From Phaeosaccion multiseriatum (taxonomy: Eukaryota; Protista; Ochrophyta, other classes): a stretch of 64,000 bases of DNA. The position numbers were made by a program, and so were the translations under genes. Location of the stretch: contig OZ218958.1 in assembly GCA_965112735.1 (NCBI GenBank), forward strand, positions 2,046,001-2,110,000, written 5' to 3'. Below the pieces are notes generated by a model that worked only from the letters and a program-made list of their open reading frames with translations, was not told the origin of the DNA and made no database searches. This document shows, piece after piece, positions 11,917-25,084 of the stretch. Every line of letters starts with the position of its first letter. Position 1 is the first letter of the stretch.

Positions 11917-12438
11917 CTTGCTCTGCTCCCCTGGTGGCAAGATCAGCAAGATTGAGAGAAGAGGTCAAGGGCGTCTCTGTCGGGAAAATTGCCAAAAAAA
12001 AATACAGTTTCATTTTTTTGACCGCCACCGGAAAATTTGCAAAAAGGGGTGAAGGGTGGTGCAAGTTATAGACGTGTTCCTTCGTGTACAATGCGTCGGC
12101 TGCGGCCGCCTGAGTCCACAATGGGTGAGTGTGTCCTGGGCTCATGCGCAAGGCCCGTCTTGCTTGCTAACTCTCTCTTACGCTGGCTGTGTGTTCGTCT
12201 CTCTCAGGCACCGACCCGTACACCCTCGCCATTCTGCGAGGCCGACACCCTCGCTCCTTTCCATTACAGCAGTTCGATACTGATAGCTACATGTGCGTCA
12301 AGAGAAGTTCCAACCATGGGATACGCTCGGCTGCTGTCCTGACTATGCTTGCCTTCTCTCTTGCCTCTCTGCAGAAAAAAATCGTCGGAAAGACTGTTGA
12401 GTGTGGGAAGGGGCCATCGACTCGACTTCATTGTGAGT

Positions 12439-15400
12439 ATGAGAGATAGAAGCAACTCCTCTCTCCTCCGAACAGCAGGAGGTGTGGCAACAGCCGGCTG
12501 TGAGTCCATTCTCGAAGGAGATCCGCATCGGGGAAGACGGGCCATGACGGCCTCCGCAGCCTCAATGAACGGGACGCACAGGAGAAAGAGACGAGGGCAC
12601 GTCGCTGCACGTAAAGTACAAACACCAGCTGGGATAGAAAGGAGACAGGAGAGAGATCAAGAGGGAGAGGGGGGCAAGGAAGAAGGAGGAGGAGCAGGAG
12701 GGGAAGGAGGAGCAGGAGCAGGAGCAGGAGCAGCAGGGGCAGGAGAAGGAGAAGGAGGGGGAGAAGGAGGGGGAGGAGGAGCAGGAGGAGGAGAAGGAGG
12801 AGGGGGGGGGGGAGGACCAATAGGGGAGGGGGGCGGAGGAGGAGAGGGAGGAGGAGGCGCAAGAGGAGGAGAACAACCACGACCGCTGCTTCAGAATATC
12901 CCACATCATAAACAACTTGTGGGGCAGCAAATGTATTCAGTAAAGTGGAAGAGCAGCAGTAGCGCTAAAGGCGGGAAATTCAAAGACAGTGACAGGAAGA
13001 ATAGCATGCGGGAAGGCTGGGACGCCGAGGATGGAGACGATATAGAGGGGCCTGACTCAATGGCAGGAGGAGCACCAGCGGCAGTAGGAACAGCAGCACC
13101 GGGAGGAGGAGCAGGAGGAGCAACAGGAGACGAGCAGGGTCACCGGCGCCAACGCTTGGGTGCTATGCACCAGCAATTTCTTAAGCGAATGGGAGTTAGC
13201 AAGCGCCCAGCGCTTGGGCAAGGGCAGATAGAGATGGCCTCTCTGCAACCCAACAACCAGCCCGGCTTGTCGCTGCACTTTGGTCTCCACGTGTGCCTTC
13301 GCTCCGTCACGCGCTCGGACAGTGTCCTCAGCTTGGACATGGGGTCGGGCAAGTCTACCCTCAAGCCCCTCGTGGACATGGGGGCCAAGGACAAGGTCAC
13401 GTTCCGCATCATCGACCTCCACGACATTCACTCGTACAGCACGCTGCGCTACGGTGACCCCATCTGGCTGCAGGTGGAGGCGGGGCCGGGAGACCCATCT
13501 TGGCGAGAAGGGAGCGTCTTGGGTGCCAATGTACACCAGCCAGGAGTGCTGCCCACCGTCAAGCGGCACGGCACCGGGCCGGGCACGCTGACCCATGTAG
13601 AGCGTGCCGACAAGGTCGTTGGGCGGGTGCACCCCTGCCGTGCGGCTGTGCTCAAACCCACTGAGACCATGGCGGCCTCGGGCATGAACGAGACTTTCGT
13701 CCGCATGAGGTAGGTGTAGGTGGTGGTGGTGGTTGGCTGTCCTTGCTCCCTGGCCGCCTGGTTGGCTGGTGCTGGTGCTGTCTGGCTGTCTGGCTGTCTG
13801 ACTGTCTGGCGGTGCCTTCGTTGTATGGCTGGTCATCACACAAGCACAACCACAATGACAAACACAAGCACAAGATGCCAAGATGCAATCAAGCAAGCTC
13901 ATGCGTATTGCTCGTCGTCGCTGCCCCACCCCCCACCCCATCCCACCCACAGAAACTCCGACGCAGAGGCCATCGGTAAGTGGACCATCCGAGCCGTCAC
14001 GCCCGACGGACACATTCGGACGGCGGACGGCGGCGAGGTGAAGGACATGGACCACGTGTATCTCGAGCAAGACTTCTTCTACATCTCGTCGGAGGACAAG
14101 GGCAGGAAGGAGATTGTACTCAAGCTCCTGTCCCAGATCACAGGCGGCGGCGGGGGCGGGGGGGGCGGCGGTGGTGGTGGTGGTGGTGGTGGTAGTGGTG
14201 GTGGTGGCGGTGGCAGCGGAGGCGGGGGCACTGGGGGTGGTGGAGGAGGTCCGGCTGCGCCGTTCGATCGGAAAGGCATCTTTTGTATACAAGCATGCGA
14301 GGCAGTGGACCTTGCGGGGGGCAAGGAGAAGCGAGCGGCGGCGATTATGCAGAAGGCCAAGGTTTGGCTTCAGCGCTCCAAAGACGTGAGAGAGGGTCGC
14401 AGGGAGTACGATCACGTGCTGCGAAGCGATGAGAAACTGTCCAGCGGCGCCTCCTTCCCTTCGGAGCTGCGTGGCACCATGTACAGCTACGCACAGCGCT
14501 CTCGACTCGACGCCATGTCCAACCATGCGCGTAAAGAGCAAGCCCTCGGAAACTTCTTTGGAGAGCAGCTGGACCTCAGCCTCTCCACGGCGGGTGCCGA
14601 TTCTCTCCGCTCCTCCGGCTCCTTCCCAGCGGCGGGGGCGGTGGCGGGGGCGAGTCGGAGAGGCCTCCTTAGTACGGACACCATGTCCTCTTGCCCCAAC
14701 CTCTCCTCGAGCATCAGCAGCATCAGCAGCAGCAAGGTGGTGCGCAGTCACGCTCGAAACATTAACTCGTGGAGCGCCAAGGAGCTGCGGCAGCGAGCCG
14801 CCGACATCAACAAGGCTGAGCGACAAGGTGGCGAGCCGCACGACAATAGCAACGACACTGCTAGCCTCGGCACCACCAGCCTCCTCAGTGCCCCTCCGGC
14901 GGCGGCGGCCCTGCTGCTCTCTCCCATGTGCGGCGCGTGTGCCCTGGCAGGGAGCTCGTCGGGGCTGTCCTCCCACCGGCTCTGCCTGTGTAAGATCAAC
15001 AGACACATACAAGAGGAGGTGCTGGAAGACGGGGCGGCGGCGGCGGCGGCGGCGGGGGCTGAGGAGGCGGACAATAGCTCGGACGAGGACACAGTCCACT
15101 CCTACGCCTCCAAGGAGCCCAATAAGGACCCCAATAGCGACCCCAAGGACACCAAGGAGGCTGGCACTGGTGGCAGTGCCGACGCCAACGGCAGCTTTAG
15201 AGCGAGCGGCAATCAGCACTCTCCGGTGGCGGCAGCGGCAGGGGGGGGGGATATGAGCTTCGGCAGTACGAGTCGAGATTTGGGATTGAACAGCAGCATG
15301 AACCATACCCATGGCGACAGCATTGGCGGCAGCGCGGGAGGTGGAGGAGGAGGGGGCGCGGCCAACTTGAGTAAGGCGAAGCGCAAGCAACCCCGCAACA

Positions 15401-15840
15401 AGAGCAGCCTGCGCGACCCCTTCGACGCTCTGGAGGAGGCTCTGCTTGAGCCGTACACGGTGCAAGCGGTGCGTGAGGCGCTGCACAAGCAAGACATGAG
15501 CATCCTCGCTGCGCACAGGCACTCGGATCGCTTGCTCAAAGCCCAAGCCGAGTTGTCGGATCAGCAGCAGCAGCAGTTGGCGATACAACAGCAGCAACAG
15601 CAGCAGTTGGCGACGCAGCAGCAGCAGCAGCAGCAGCAGCAGGCCCAGCAGCAGAGGAGAAGCACGAACCTTTCTCCTCCTCGCGTCTCAGTGAGCTCCA
15701 GAGTAGGAGGCGGCGGCGGCAGGGGCAGCGGGGGCAGCGGCGGGAGCAGCAGCGGCAGCTGTGAGCAACACCACTTGGCAGCACTTGGTGACAAGCGCAC
15801 ATTGATTCCCGTCCAGGAGGAAGTTGGGGGCGGGGCATGA
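12439..15840 (+). CDS. Large uncharacterised low-complexity (Gly/Gln/Ser-rich) protein with a central globular domain
   Basis: Two long ORFs joined by a GT-AG intron at ~13710-13951 (MR|NSDAEAIGKW). Start uncertain. Confidence 0.7.
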
Positions 15841-16985
15841 GTGGGCTATACCAGTGGCGTGTCATGACAGGCAAAGCATGACACCCCAGGCATTGAAAGT
15901 AGTGAGACACAAAAGTGTAAGAATAGGACATATACACTTCTGTGTCTTCTGTGTCTGTCCCAGTTTCCCACGGCCACTACTAACAAAAGAGAGGGCAAGC
16001 AGCGAGTCCGAAGGGCTAGGAATTGGGTCTACGAGTCACAAAACATGCTGGCATTCGCAGTGACATTGGCCCTGGCTCTAGTAGCAGTTGGCTGGCAGTC
16101 ACAAAAGCATCGGCGCTTCTCGACACGCCTCAACACATCGGCGGAGCATTGATTGTCGCGTAGCTTCTCGTGCGCTCAAAAGCTGCTTAGACCCTTTGGC
16201 GCCACCGTAGTCCTCTCCAGTCGCCCTTCCCATCATCCCCTTTGTTGCGCATTTCCTTCGCTTCCACTGCGCCGGAGCCGCACACCCCTCGAACATCTCG
16301 TCACTGCCGTCCCTCTCCTTCTCTTCCTTCGCTGCGGTTCCGCTCCTCCTGCGTCAGCGGGCTGCTCCTCTTCGTCCTCGAAAAGCCCACACTAGCCCAA
16401 CATCTTCAGCGCCTGCTCCTGGTGCTCCTCATCCCTCTCCTTCTCCCCGCTTCTTCTCGTCCTCCCCACCCTCCTCGCCCTCGACCTCGTCGTCCTTACC
16501 ACTCTTCCGTATGCTTTTCTTCCTCCACGCGCTCGTCTGCCCCCGCCCCCGGGGGTACTAGTAGGCCCAGCATACCGATCTCCAGCTTGGCTTTGGGCGG
16601 AGCCAAGGTAAGATGTAGTAGGTGCGGTACAATAGTCGCACTGTAGCTGTCCTCGCTGGGGCGCGGAACATCGCTGTGCTCACCTTGATGGTAGGCTCTT
16701 CCCCTTCTCCACAGGAGCTAAACTCAGGCTGCTTCGATTGTGAGCAACCATCTCATGGTACCTGCTCGCGTGCTGGGGAGTGGGCGCGAGTCAAAGTCTC
16801 GCACACGTCTATGCCGACATCATATGTCGGCAGGAAGCAGGAAGCATGAAGCTCTTTCGTTGGCCATCCTCAGTCCTATGTACGATACGTCCCTTTCGGG
16901 CACCCGAAAACCTCCTTTTGCTCGCACGAGAGTCGGGAGCCTCCTTTTCGGTTTTCATTCTATCCTGCCAAGCCCCTCTGCCTCG

Positions 16986-17809
16986 TCATGGCTTGTTGGA
17001 CGCACTGCTGCGCCTGTCAGAATCAGCGTCCTCTTGTTGCATGCTTTCACCAAAGAGCTCGATGAATTGCATATCCAGCACCTTCACCGCAGCTCCTACG
17101 CAACAGATGTTTGCATAGTAAGAAGGGGTTGGGAGGTATGTGTAACAGGTTTTGTTTTTTATCTTACCTGTGTGTCTGGAATACTCGTCAAAGATGGCCG
17201 AGAAGCTCCAGTGCTGCACAGCCCTCAGACACGCCACCACACAGCCAGTGCGATTCTTGCCCGTGGTGCAGTGCACGAGGATGGGGTGGTTTCTCTCGTC
17301 TGCGGGGGCAGCAGGGAGAGGGGGTGTACATACAGGTTTAATGCGACCACACACACAGAGTACTTTGTTTGGAGGTATGCACCATGTACCTAGAACGTAG
17401 AGCAAGGCCTTCCGCATGCTTTCTTGAGCCATCGACACGAATGGCTCTCTGTTGTCGCAGATTTCGACCTGCCATGAGTGTTGAGAGACGGATAGTATAA
17501 AGAGAAGGAAGGGGAGGAAAAAAAAGGGTTGCTCTATTCCCTTACCGAGAACAGGGTCAAATCGTTGCGGTCGATCCATTCCAGATAGTCGGAGGGCATC
17601 TCCTCCGGGCAAAGGCACAGTATACTTGGGTTGGAAGAGGAGAGAGCGCAGAGTAAGAGAGGAAGGAGAGAGAGGAAGAGAGGAAGGAGGCAGAGCGCAT
17701 ACCTTCGAAGGCCCAGCTTTCTCAGGAAGGAGCTGTTGCAAGCAATAGGAAACCCACTGCGATACACGCCGTGCGAGACTCTCGCGAAGTTGAGCGGTGG
17801 GATAATCAT
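16986..17809 (-). CDS. Siw14/OCA-family atypical (PFA-DSP) phosphatase, 5 exons
   Basis: IPPLNFARVSHGVYRSGFP, catalytic HCTTGKNRTG, WSFSAIFDEY and LDMQFIELF. Confidence 0.92.
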
Positions 17810-17895
17810 TTCACGTGAATCATTTGTCGGCCTTCATCCACTTCTGGGTGGACCGGAGCACCAACGCACGTACATCACAAATCAATTCACAATTC

Positions 17896-17955
17896 TCGGC
17901 CCCTGACATGCTTCTAATCTAATCTGGCCTGTCTCAGAAGCATGTCAGGGGCCGA
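17896..17955. mobile_element. 60-bp minimal MITE of the TCG(A/G)CCCCTGAC family
   Basis: 20-bp perfect TIR TCGGCCCCTGACATGCTTCT. 6-bp TSD CAATTC at 17890-17895 and 17956-17961. Shares CTGGCCTGTCTCAGAA with the right end of 1967-4002. Confidence 0.88.
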
Positions 17956-18208
17956 CAATTCATTGCCCTCCTCACGCCCTCTCTGCGCGGAGGGGCATGC
18001 CGGTCCTGGCGCGAGTTCTCCCTTGTTCGGCAGCTGTCGCTTCGGCGGCCTCCGCCGTTCGGGGTCTACTTGGTTCTCCAATCGTGCATGCGTCCCCTGT
18101 CCTCTCCTCCCCATGACCCACTCGTTACGCACTTGCCCACACACACTTTCAATTTCCTATGAAGTCTGTATATACGACAATGCATTTACAGGTAATTCGT
18201 TGGCAGAG

Positions 18209-20690
18209 TCACACCAGTTGGTCCACTCTCGTGATCCTTCCGTCCATCACGGCCTCGACCTGCGCCACTGTCCGTGGGCACTTGGTGAGATTCCGGATGC
18301 CCCCCTCCACAATCACAATACAGTCCTCCAGCCTCACGCCCCCAAAGCCGCGGAAAGAGGCGAGGCGATCCTTGACCAAGAAAGCGGCCAGCGTAGGGTC
18401 TGCTAGCGCCTGGTCCAGCAGGTGGTCAATGAAGTAGAGGCCGGGTTCCGCCGTGATGACCATGCCCACTTCCAGGGGCCGATTGCACCGGAGGTTGCTG
18501 TAGCCCGCCCGCTTATCGCGCTCCACTCCTGTGGCATACCCCCCCACGTCGTGGGTGTCAAGCCCGATGAGATGCCCCAGGCCGTGGGGCATGAATGTTG
18601 CAGCCAGATTCGCCTCCATCATCTGAGCACCCCGGAAAGGCACACATACACACATGAGATGAAAGCATTGCAGGAGCTGGGTACGAATGCCGGCCTCTTT
18701 GAGAGCGGCTTGCACCCACAATAGGACGATCGGTGTGCATGTTGCCCCTTGGCTTCGACCCCCCCTGTCCCTTGGGCTTTCTCCCCTCCTCGTGTTTCAC
18801 AGCACTCTCTAACAACGGCATTTCCGCACCTTCTCCAAGTCCCCCTGTACGATGCCCATAGTGAGGAGGTGCTCCAAAGCCACTCGGTAGGAAAGCTCAT
18901 GCATTGCCACCCACTGCACGCCGGGCTTCATAGCCTCCATCACTGTTACAAGAGTATCGATAAGACGCACTGCTGTCAGAGTCGGAGCAGCTTGGCAAAT
19001 CATGTACCTACAAGGCGTGCATCCTCGCGCTTGTGATGTGACAAGAGAAAGAGCAAACACGTACCTGCGCTCTGCATGTGAGCAACGGCCTCGAAGATGC
19101 TCTTCTGATCCTCCGTAAAGCGCCCCGTTGCCGGGAATGAGCACGTAATATCACTCGCATAGCAGTGGTACTCCGCTGTAATGTACAAGGCGGGGGGGGT
19201 CGGTGCGTTTTAATTGTGGGACGTAAACCCTAACACAAACACACGCTGAGCAACGCAAGAGAGAAAGCGCGTACCATACTCTCACCTCCCATGTCAAGCA
19301 GCAACATGTCTCCGTCGCGGATGATGCGGTCATTGGGTGCGCCGGCATGGCCGTAGTGAAGCACGGAGCTGTTGGGACCACAGCCGCAAATGCTGGTGTA
19401 GGCCTGCTCGGAAACGAAGAAATCATCAGCCTTCTTTCCTCTCCTCTCGAACAACAGCTTCCTCAGCTCACCGCGTGACGACAGCCGCCATGAAAGTAGC
19501 ACCAATGCTTGAACATGCTCTCCAGCTGATGCTCGCCCATGCCGCTCTTCACTCGCCGCATCACCTGGAGCGATTTGGGGAGGGGAGGGGAGGGGAGGGG
19601 AGGGGAGGAAGGTCAAAATAAGAAGCATTGCAAACCAATGAGACCTGCAGCACGTGCGAGGAGAGGCGAGGGTAGTGAACAAGGAGTACCCCGTTGCCTC
19701 GCATACCCGTTCGTACGCATACCTCCAAGTGCGCCTGGCTGCTGATGCTGTTGGCACGCTGCATCACTTCCACTTCGGCGCCCGTCTTTATGACTCGACA
19801 ATGCACAATGGCGTCGTACAGCAGAGCGGATGTGTCTAGCACTTGCCCTTCCTTCTGCTTCTTCGTCAGCCACGCGACGCCTTCGCAAGCCGGGACACTC
19901 CAGGCCTTTCCGTCCGTGTTGTAGCCACGATTCAGCAGCACGCGGCTCGCACCGACATCGGCCTCCACGTCATCAATGTATCTATATCAACACCACATGA
20001 CACGCGAGAGAGATGGAACGAGCACCACAGAGGAGGGTAAGAGCACAAGGCAAGAAGCGGGCCCAGTGCGGAGATGGAGCAACTTGGAGCAACCTTACCG
20101 AACATTGTCCACCTCGTACTGCTCCTTATAATGGGAAGGCGGCAAGATTGTACCCATCCAGGTAGCGTAATCCTAAACGCCGGCGGAGGAGGAGGAGGAG
20201 GACACACGTTGAAGAGGAGAGGATGGCGTTACGTCTCTTCCCCGCTCCTCTCTCTCTTCCTCCACTTGCCGATTACCTGAGGTAGCTTTGGAATATACAG
20301 AGTAGTCTCACCGCTTGGGACTTTGATGCTCGCCCAGCAGTCAGGCTCGCGTACCCCAAACAGATACTGGAAGGAGCTTTCCTGCAGGCGGGACACGGAG
20401 CGGGGTTAGGACCACTTCACGCCTGTTGCAGGGCATACCCAAGCCCTATCCCAGACCTGTCTAAAGATGTACTCGTGGTCCGTCTCATCCCTGGTCTGCT
20501 CTCCTCCCCCCCTGAGCACTACGATTGAGCTTGTCTCTCCAAGGTCCACGAGTCGGGCCACGAGCTTCTGGCGGTGCCTCTTGTGCATTGCAGCAAACTC
20601 CGGCGCCTGAGGAGGCCCAAACTGGGACAAAGCTGGTGCTTCCACTGCTGCTGCGTCATCCTTTAGCTTCTTTGTAGGGGGTGGGAGCAT
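18209..20690 (-). CDS. PEPD: Xaa-Pro dipeptidase (prolidase), multi-exon
   Basis: [74 protein letters not shown] and GGVRLED. Confidence 0.96.
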
Positions 20691-20829
20691 GTCATCTATC
20701 ACTCTCATCTTTTCCCAAAAAACTGAGAGCTTGCCTTGAAAGAATAGGATCCGACGGCGGCACCATCCTATCCAACACAGTTGTAGGCTGGTGGTCAGGT
20801 GAGGTGGGGGGTCGGGGGGGGGAAGCTGA

Positions 20830-20940
20830 TCGCGTGCCGGCTAGGGATAATGCCGGTAACGCGCCAGCTGCTCCGGCGAACGCTGATAGCGTATCGGCTG
20901 ACGCCGGCAAAAGCGATAGCTCAAGAGCATCAGGGGTCGA
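20830..20940. mobile_element. Degenerate or partial copy of the TCGACCCCTGAC family
   Basis: Right TIR TCAGGGGTCGA at 20930-20940, preceded by decayed GCCGGC..GCGATAGC motifs. No left TIR found. Confidence 0.55.
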
Positions 20941-21139
20941 CAACGAAGCAAGACGCAGCTTCCCAAAGGAGAGAGGCAGTCAAACAAGCGCGATGCTAGA
21001 TGCGAGGTGGTGCACAAAGCGGAGAGAGGGGTATGGGAAACGGGACGGGGAAGCGAGTCTGCAACAGCAGCCGGCTCCCCCTAGAGCAGTGAACCTTGGT
21101 TTATTAGGCAAAGGCAGGCGGTGCGGATGAGTCAACCAC

Positions 21140-22601
21140 TTAGTTGAGAGGAATGAACCTGGGGGAGGGGAGAGGAAGAGGGCAGGAAGAGGGCACGCAG
21201 AGCGGGACTTTAGAGAGGAATCGAGACAGGGGCCGAGACGGGCAACGGGATGCTCAGATTGGCCTCTTGTCTTCCATCAAGGTAACGGCAACATCCCAGG
21301 GATGGTGTGGACGGTGGGGAGCAAAAACGCTACAATACTCTCCCTCCAATACATTCAGCGTCCACAAAGGCTGGCAGGGAACAGCAGAGCGTACTCACCG
21401 ACTGCTGTTCGTGGAGCCGATACCGGGGCGGCCGTGGCTGACGGGCTTGTATGTGATGGCAAACTCGCCCAGGTAGTGGCCCACCATCTCGGGCTTGATC
21501 TGCAGAACAAGAGGAGTCCAGCGGGAGAGGGCATCGTTGCGGTGCGCAGGACGGGTGGGTAAATAAAACACGTCCAAGGAAACACACCACCCACCCACAC
21601 AAACCAGGTGACGGTGAGAAATCCCGCTTCCCTAGCGAGTGTGCACAAATCACAGCTTTGAGCGGCTCACCTCGATACCGTTGAAGGCCTTTCCATTGTA
21701 CACACCCACAATAGATCCGATCATCTCTGGTACAATAATCATGTTGCGCAAGTGGGTCTTGATGCCCCTTGGCTTCTCCGTAGGGCCAGCCGCTGCGACA
21801 CAGGAGGACAAACAAGGGAACGATGCAGGCAGAGAGTCAATACTCAAGTAACAGACCACGGTCAACATTTCCCTTCTCAGCGGCTCCCCTCTGCAGTACA
21901 GCAACCCCCGTCATGCCGCTGAAGAATGCAGGTCGAACACAGATCTGCTACACTCCCCTCTGGTGTACCAGCACTTGTCCATGCTTGTCTTCAGAGGGTA
22001 TCCCAGCCGCTTCAGAAGTCCTCAAGTGCCCTCTGCTTCAGTACAGACGCAAAGGCCGCCTCCACCCTCTCCCCTTTAACCCCAGCTGCCCCTCCCACGC
22101 ATTCAATGTCCTCGGAAGTGAGTCCAGTCCTTGAGTTGCCCGTTTCCCCCCTCCCTCCCCTCTCGGTGACCCTGTCCTTTTAAATCCACTCTGAGACATC
22201 AAAGCAACCGTCCCCGGGCATGTTCAGTCCGCTCTGCAGACTGGGGCCCCTCTCCCAATTCGTAGCTCACCCTTCTTGGCCTTCCGCAACCGCTTGATGA
22301 AGGCCATGGGCTTTCGGCTCAGGCCCCTCGTCATGCGGCGACGGATGCGTGCCCGCACCAGCTTCATGAAATCCTCGTTCTTAAGATCCAGCAGCTGCAG
22401 AGCAGGATGAGGGTCATGAACGAAAGGGAATGAGCCTTACAAGGAGCAAAGATGAGCGAGGGACGAGGAGAGGGGGACGGAGATACCCATCTCACGCACC
22501 TTGTCCAAGTCCATTCCCTGGTACATGAACTTGCGGAAGGTTCGCTTCTTGCGAATCTCCATCAGCTGCTCCGCCGTCATCTCCCCGCTTGCGTCCGCCA
22601 T
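21140..22601 (-). CDS. RPS15: 40S ribosomal protein S15 (uS19), 5 exons
   Basis: [40 protein letters not shown] and [28 protein letters not shown]. The last exon RFIPLN* is at 21158-21140. Confidence 0.97.
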
Positions 22602-22787
22602 GGTTGTCAGGTGTGTTGCCTAAACTAGGTGCCTGAACTAAGGAGGGGACGAGGCCAGCCAATTTATCGAGAGACCCAAGGGGGTACGGGATGTCGAATT
22701 TTTTAGTCGATCTCTGAAATCGGCGTTTTGCGTTTGCTTTCGTTCGGCCGTAGAGTCTGACTATCCATGGCATTATTTTCATTATTG

Positions 22788-23024
22788 AACACTCGATTTG
22801 CGTAAGAATCGCCCAAATCGGAAGGACACCGCAAAATGACGCTGGGAGAAGCGCTATAGCTCTTCATTTCTCTTTGAGATGCCTACCGACACATAGTCTC
22901 TCGTCTTTCGACACTTCCTTCCTTCTCTAGTTTTCAGCATTTCCATAGGAGCACTCCCCCTTGCCGCCCGATCCCTGAAAAACGTGCGATTTGGGCGATT
23001 CTTACGGTACGCACATCGAGTGTT
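22788..23024. mobile_element. ~237-bp MITE-like element with imperfect ~33-bp TIRs
   Basis: AACACTCGAT.TGCGTAAGAATCGCCCAAATCG is mirrored at ~22987-23024 with a 5-nt indel. No clear TSD. Confidence 0.7.
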
Positions 23025-23254
23025 AAAAAAAACAAAACGAGTTACATTTCAACCTCGCCCCCCCCCCATGAAGCTACAACTGGCCCAGTGCTTTTCGACA
23101 GAGGCAGGGCGGGGGCTGGCGTGAAGTGAAAGGGTCGCCCCCAGCAGTCGCCACAGCAGTCGCCATAGGGCGGCGCTTCTGCCGCCCAAGAGGCCAGGGC
23201 GGCTGAAGGAGGTGACTTGAGGCCTGGGCGCGTGAGTCGCACATCCCATCCTCT

Positions 23255-24583
23255 CTACTCCACGGGGGTCTTCCCGCCAGGAATGGCCTCCAAAAGGGCG
23301 TCAAAGTTCTCCACGACATGCCCATACTCCTGGGAAAGAGAGAGGAGAGTAGGGCGCGAGTGAGAATATGCGCCACTTTGCTGTTGCTGCTGCTGAGAAA
23401 GAGAGGTGGGAGCAAGCCGGGCGCGGAAATCTGCGCCGTACGCAACAAGCGCCAGAGAGTGCAGGTGTCCTCCTCTCTTACCTGCTCTATTTTGCTCTCG
23501 TCGGTCAGGCTCTTCTTCACCCCCTGAAGCAGCGCTTGGTCCATCTTCTCAACGGATGCAATGAACTTGCGGTACGCCGCATCGACCTGTGTCAGAGAAG
23601 CATGGACAGACAGACAGACGGACAGACAGACAGACAGGCAAACGCGAGAGAGCTAGTTCAGCAAGGAGGATGCGAAGCGTGGCATGTGCTTGCCGACACA
23701 CCATACACTACCTTCGGTCGGTCTTCGTCCTCCGCATATGCCATGATGTTCCTGCTGTCTACTCGCACGCCCGAAAAAGGTGGCACGCGAAGGGATCCCC
23801 TCATACTGCAGGAGGATAGGGAAACAAAGACAGACAAGCAGGGGATGAGACAGAGACAGGACCAGTAAGCTGAGCCTCCACAGCCTCACCCACTCGTGCG
23901 CACTCCGCACACTCCTCGTCCCCACCCCTTCGGTCAGCGCATCCCTCGGCGCAACTCTCCCGTCCTTGACGCATCTCGTCACCCTCCTGGATGAGTAGAG
24001 CCGTCCCCCCTCCACTCACTTGAACCAGTCCTTATCGGGAATGTATGTTGTCTCGAAGCCCACCAATGTGCGCTGAGCCGCCTGAAGGCCTTTCAAGCCC
24101 TCCTTCACCTGGGAGAAGTGCAGTAAACATGAGTCGTGAAGGAGGAGGGGCAAGGAAGCAGACCACGAGGGTTTCGCTGCGCGCAGCGCGTGATTGACAC
24201 ACCTTGACTAGTCGCTCGTTCTTAAATATAGCACCTCGCAAGTCATCCCCCTTCTCGAAAGCTTGAGCCGCACCAGTGGTGTAAAGCAAGCCCTGCACAG
24301 CGGCTGCAGAGGCCACCAAGCTGCTTTGTAAGAAACGCATCCTATCCGTCCCACTCCCTCTTGAAGCCGTCATCGCCAGGCCCACGCTCCGACTTCGTGC
24401 CCTTCCACAGCAAGAGCACCCTGGCGAGCAGCTTGTCTGCCGTTGCTGCTGCTTCTCTGGCACAGCAACCTTCAGTGTCAATTGTCTCCCAGAAGTGCCA
24501 CTGATGAATGCATTCAGACAGACAGGCGCGACTGCCGCCACGATGCAGAAGAATAAGAGCCTACTCAAGAGACGCGGCTCCAT
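23255..24583 (-). CDS. Plastid thylakoid-lumen-targeted helical protein, PsbQ-like, 5 exons
   Basis: Signal peptide ending CLNA|F, then a transit peptide and an RxRFL...AQA lumen signal. The mature part is helical (KDWFNMRGSLR...AYRKFIASVEKMD). The family assignment is inferred. Confidence 0.65.
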
Positions 24584-24712
24584 GGTCAATCCAAATTGTG
24601 TCTCTTTCTTACTACTGTGGAGCTGTCTCTTGTTTTGACGGAAGATGAAAAACGATGAGGGGGGAACAGCTCAGTACGTGCGGATGGCACTGGAAGGCAT
24701 TCGTTGTCATTC

Positions 24713-24912
24713 TCGACCCCTGACGCACTATCTACGTACGCTATCCGCTATCGCCTTCGCCGGCGCCAGCCGGCTTTGGGGGGTGGGGGGGTTGTGGGGG
24801 CGTGCTATCCGCTATCGCCGGCGCCAGCCGATCCGCTATCCGCTATCGGCCGGCGGCCGATAGCGCGCTATCGAGAATGTAGGCGATAGTGTGTGTGTGT
24901 GGCAGGGGTCCA
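24713..24912. mobile_element. 200-bp MITE of the TCGACCCCTGAC family
   Basis: Left TIR intact, right TIR GGCAGGGGTCCA degenerate. TCATTC at 24707-24712 and 24914-24919. Internal CGCTATCGCCGGCGCCAGCCG repeats are shared with 38477-38622. Confidence 0.82.
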
Positions 24913-25084
24913 CTCATTCATCTCTCCATAGCCGAATTGGCCAGCTCTCTGCCACCACCGTTGCGTCAGCGGCCTGCTACCTGCTACTGCCGGTGGGTGT
25001 ATCCTCCCCAATCCTGCAATGCATATCACCACACTCTTCTAGTCAATAGTTTTTTTAAAGGAGGGGGTAGTAGGAAAGGAAATG

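Noticed and set aside
13057-15597. 846-aa minus-strand ORF, and the similar 764-aa ORF at 53779-56073
   Set aside because: These are antisense shadows of GC-rich or repetitive real genes and show no domain signal.
21245-21300. Possible C/D snoRNA in RPS15 intron 4 (GGGATG...CTGAGCATCCC on the minus strand)
   Set aside because: A D box and terminal stem are present, but there is no convincing C box or rRNA guide match. An Infernal or snoscan run would be needed.
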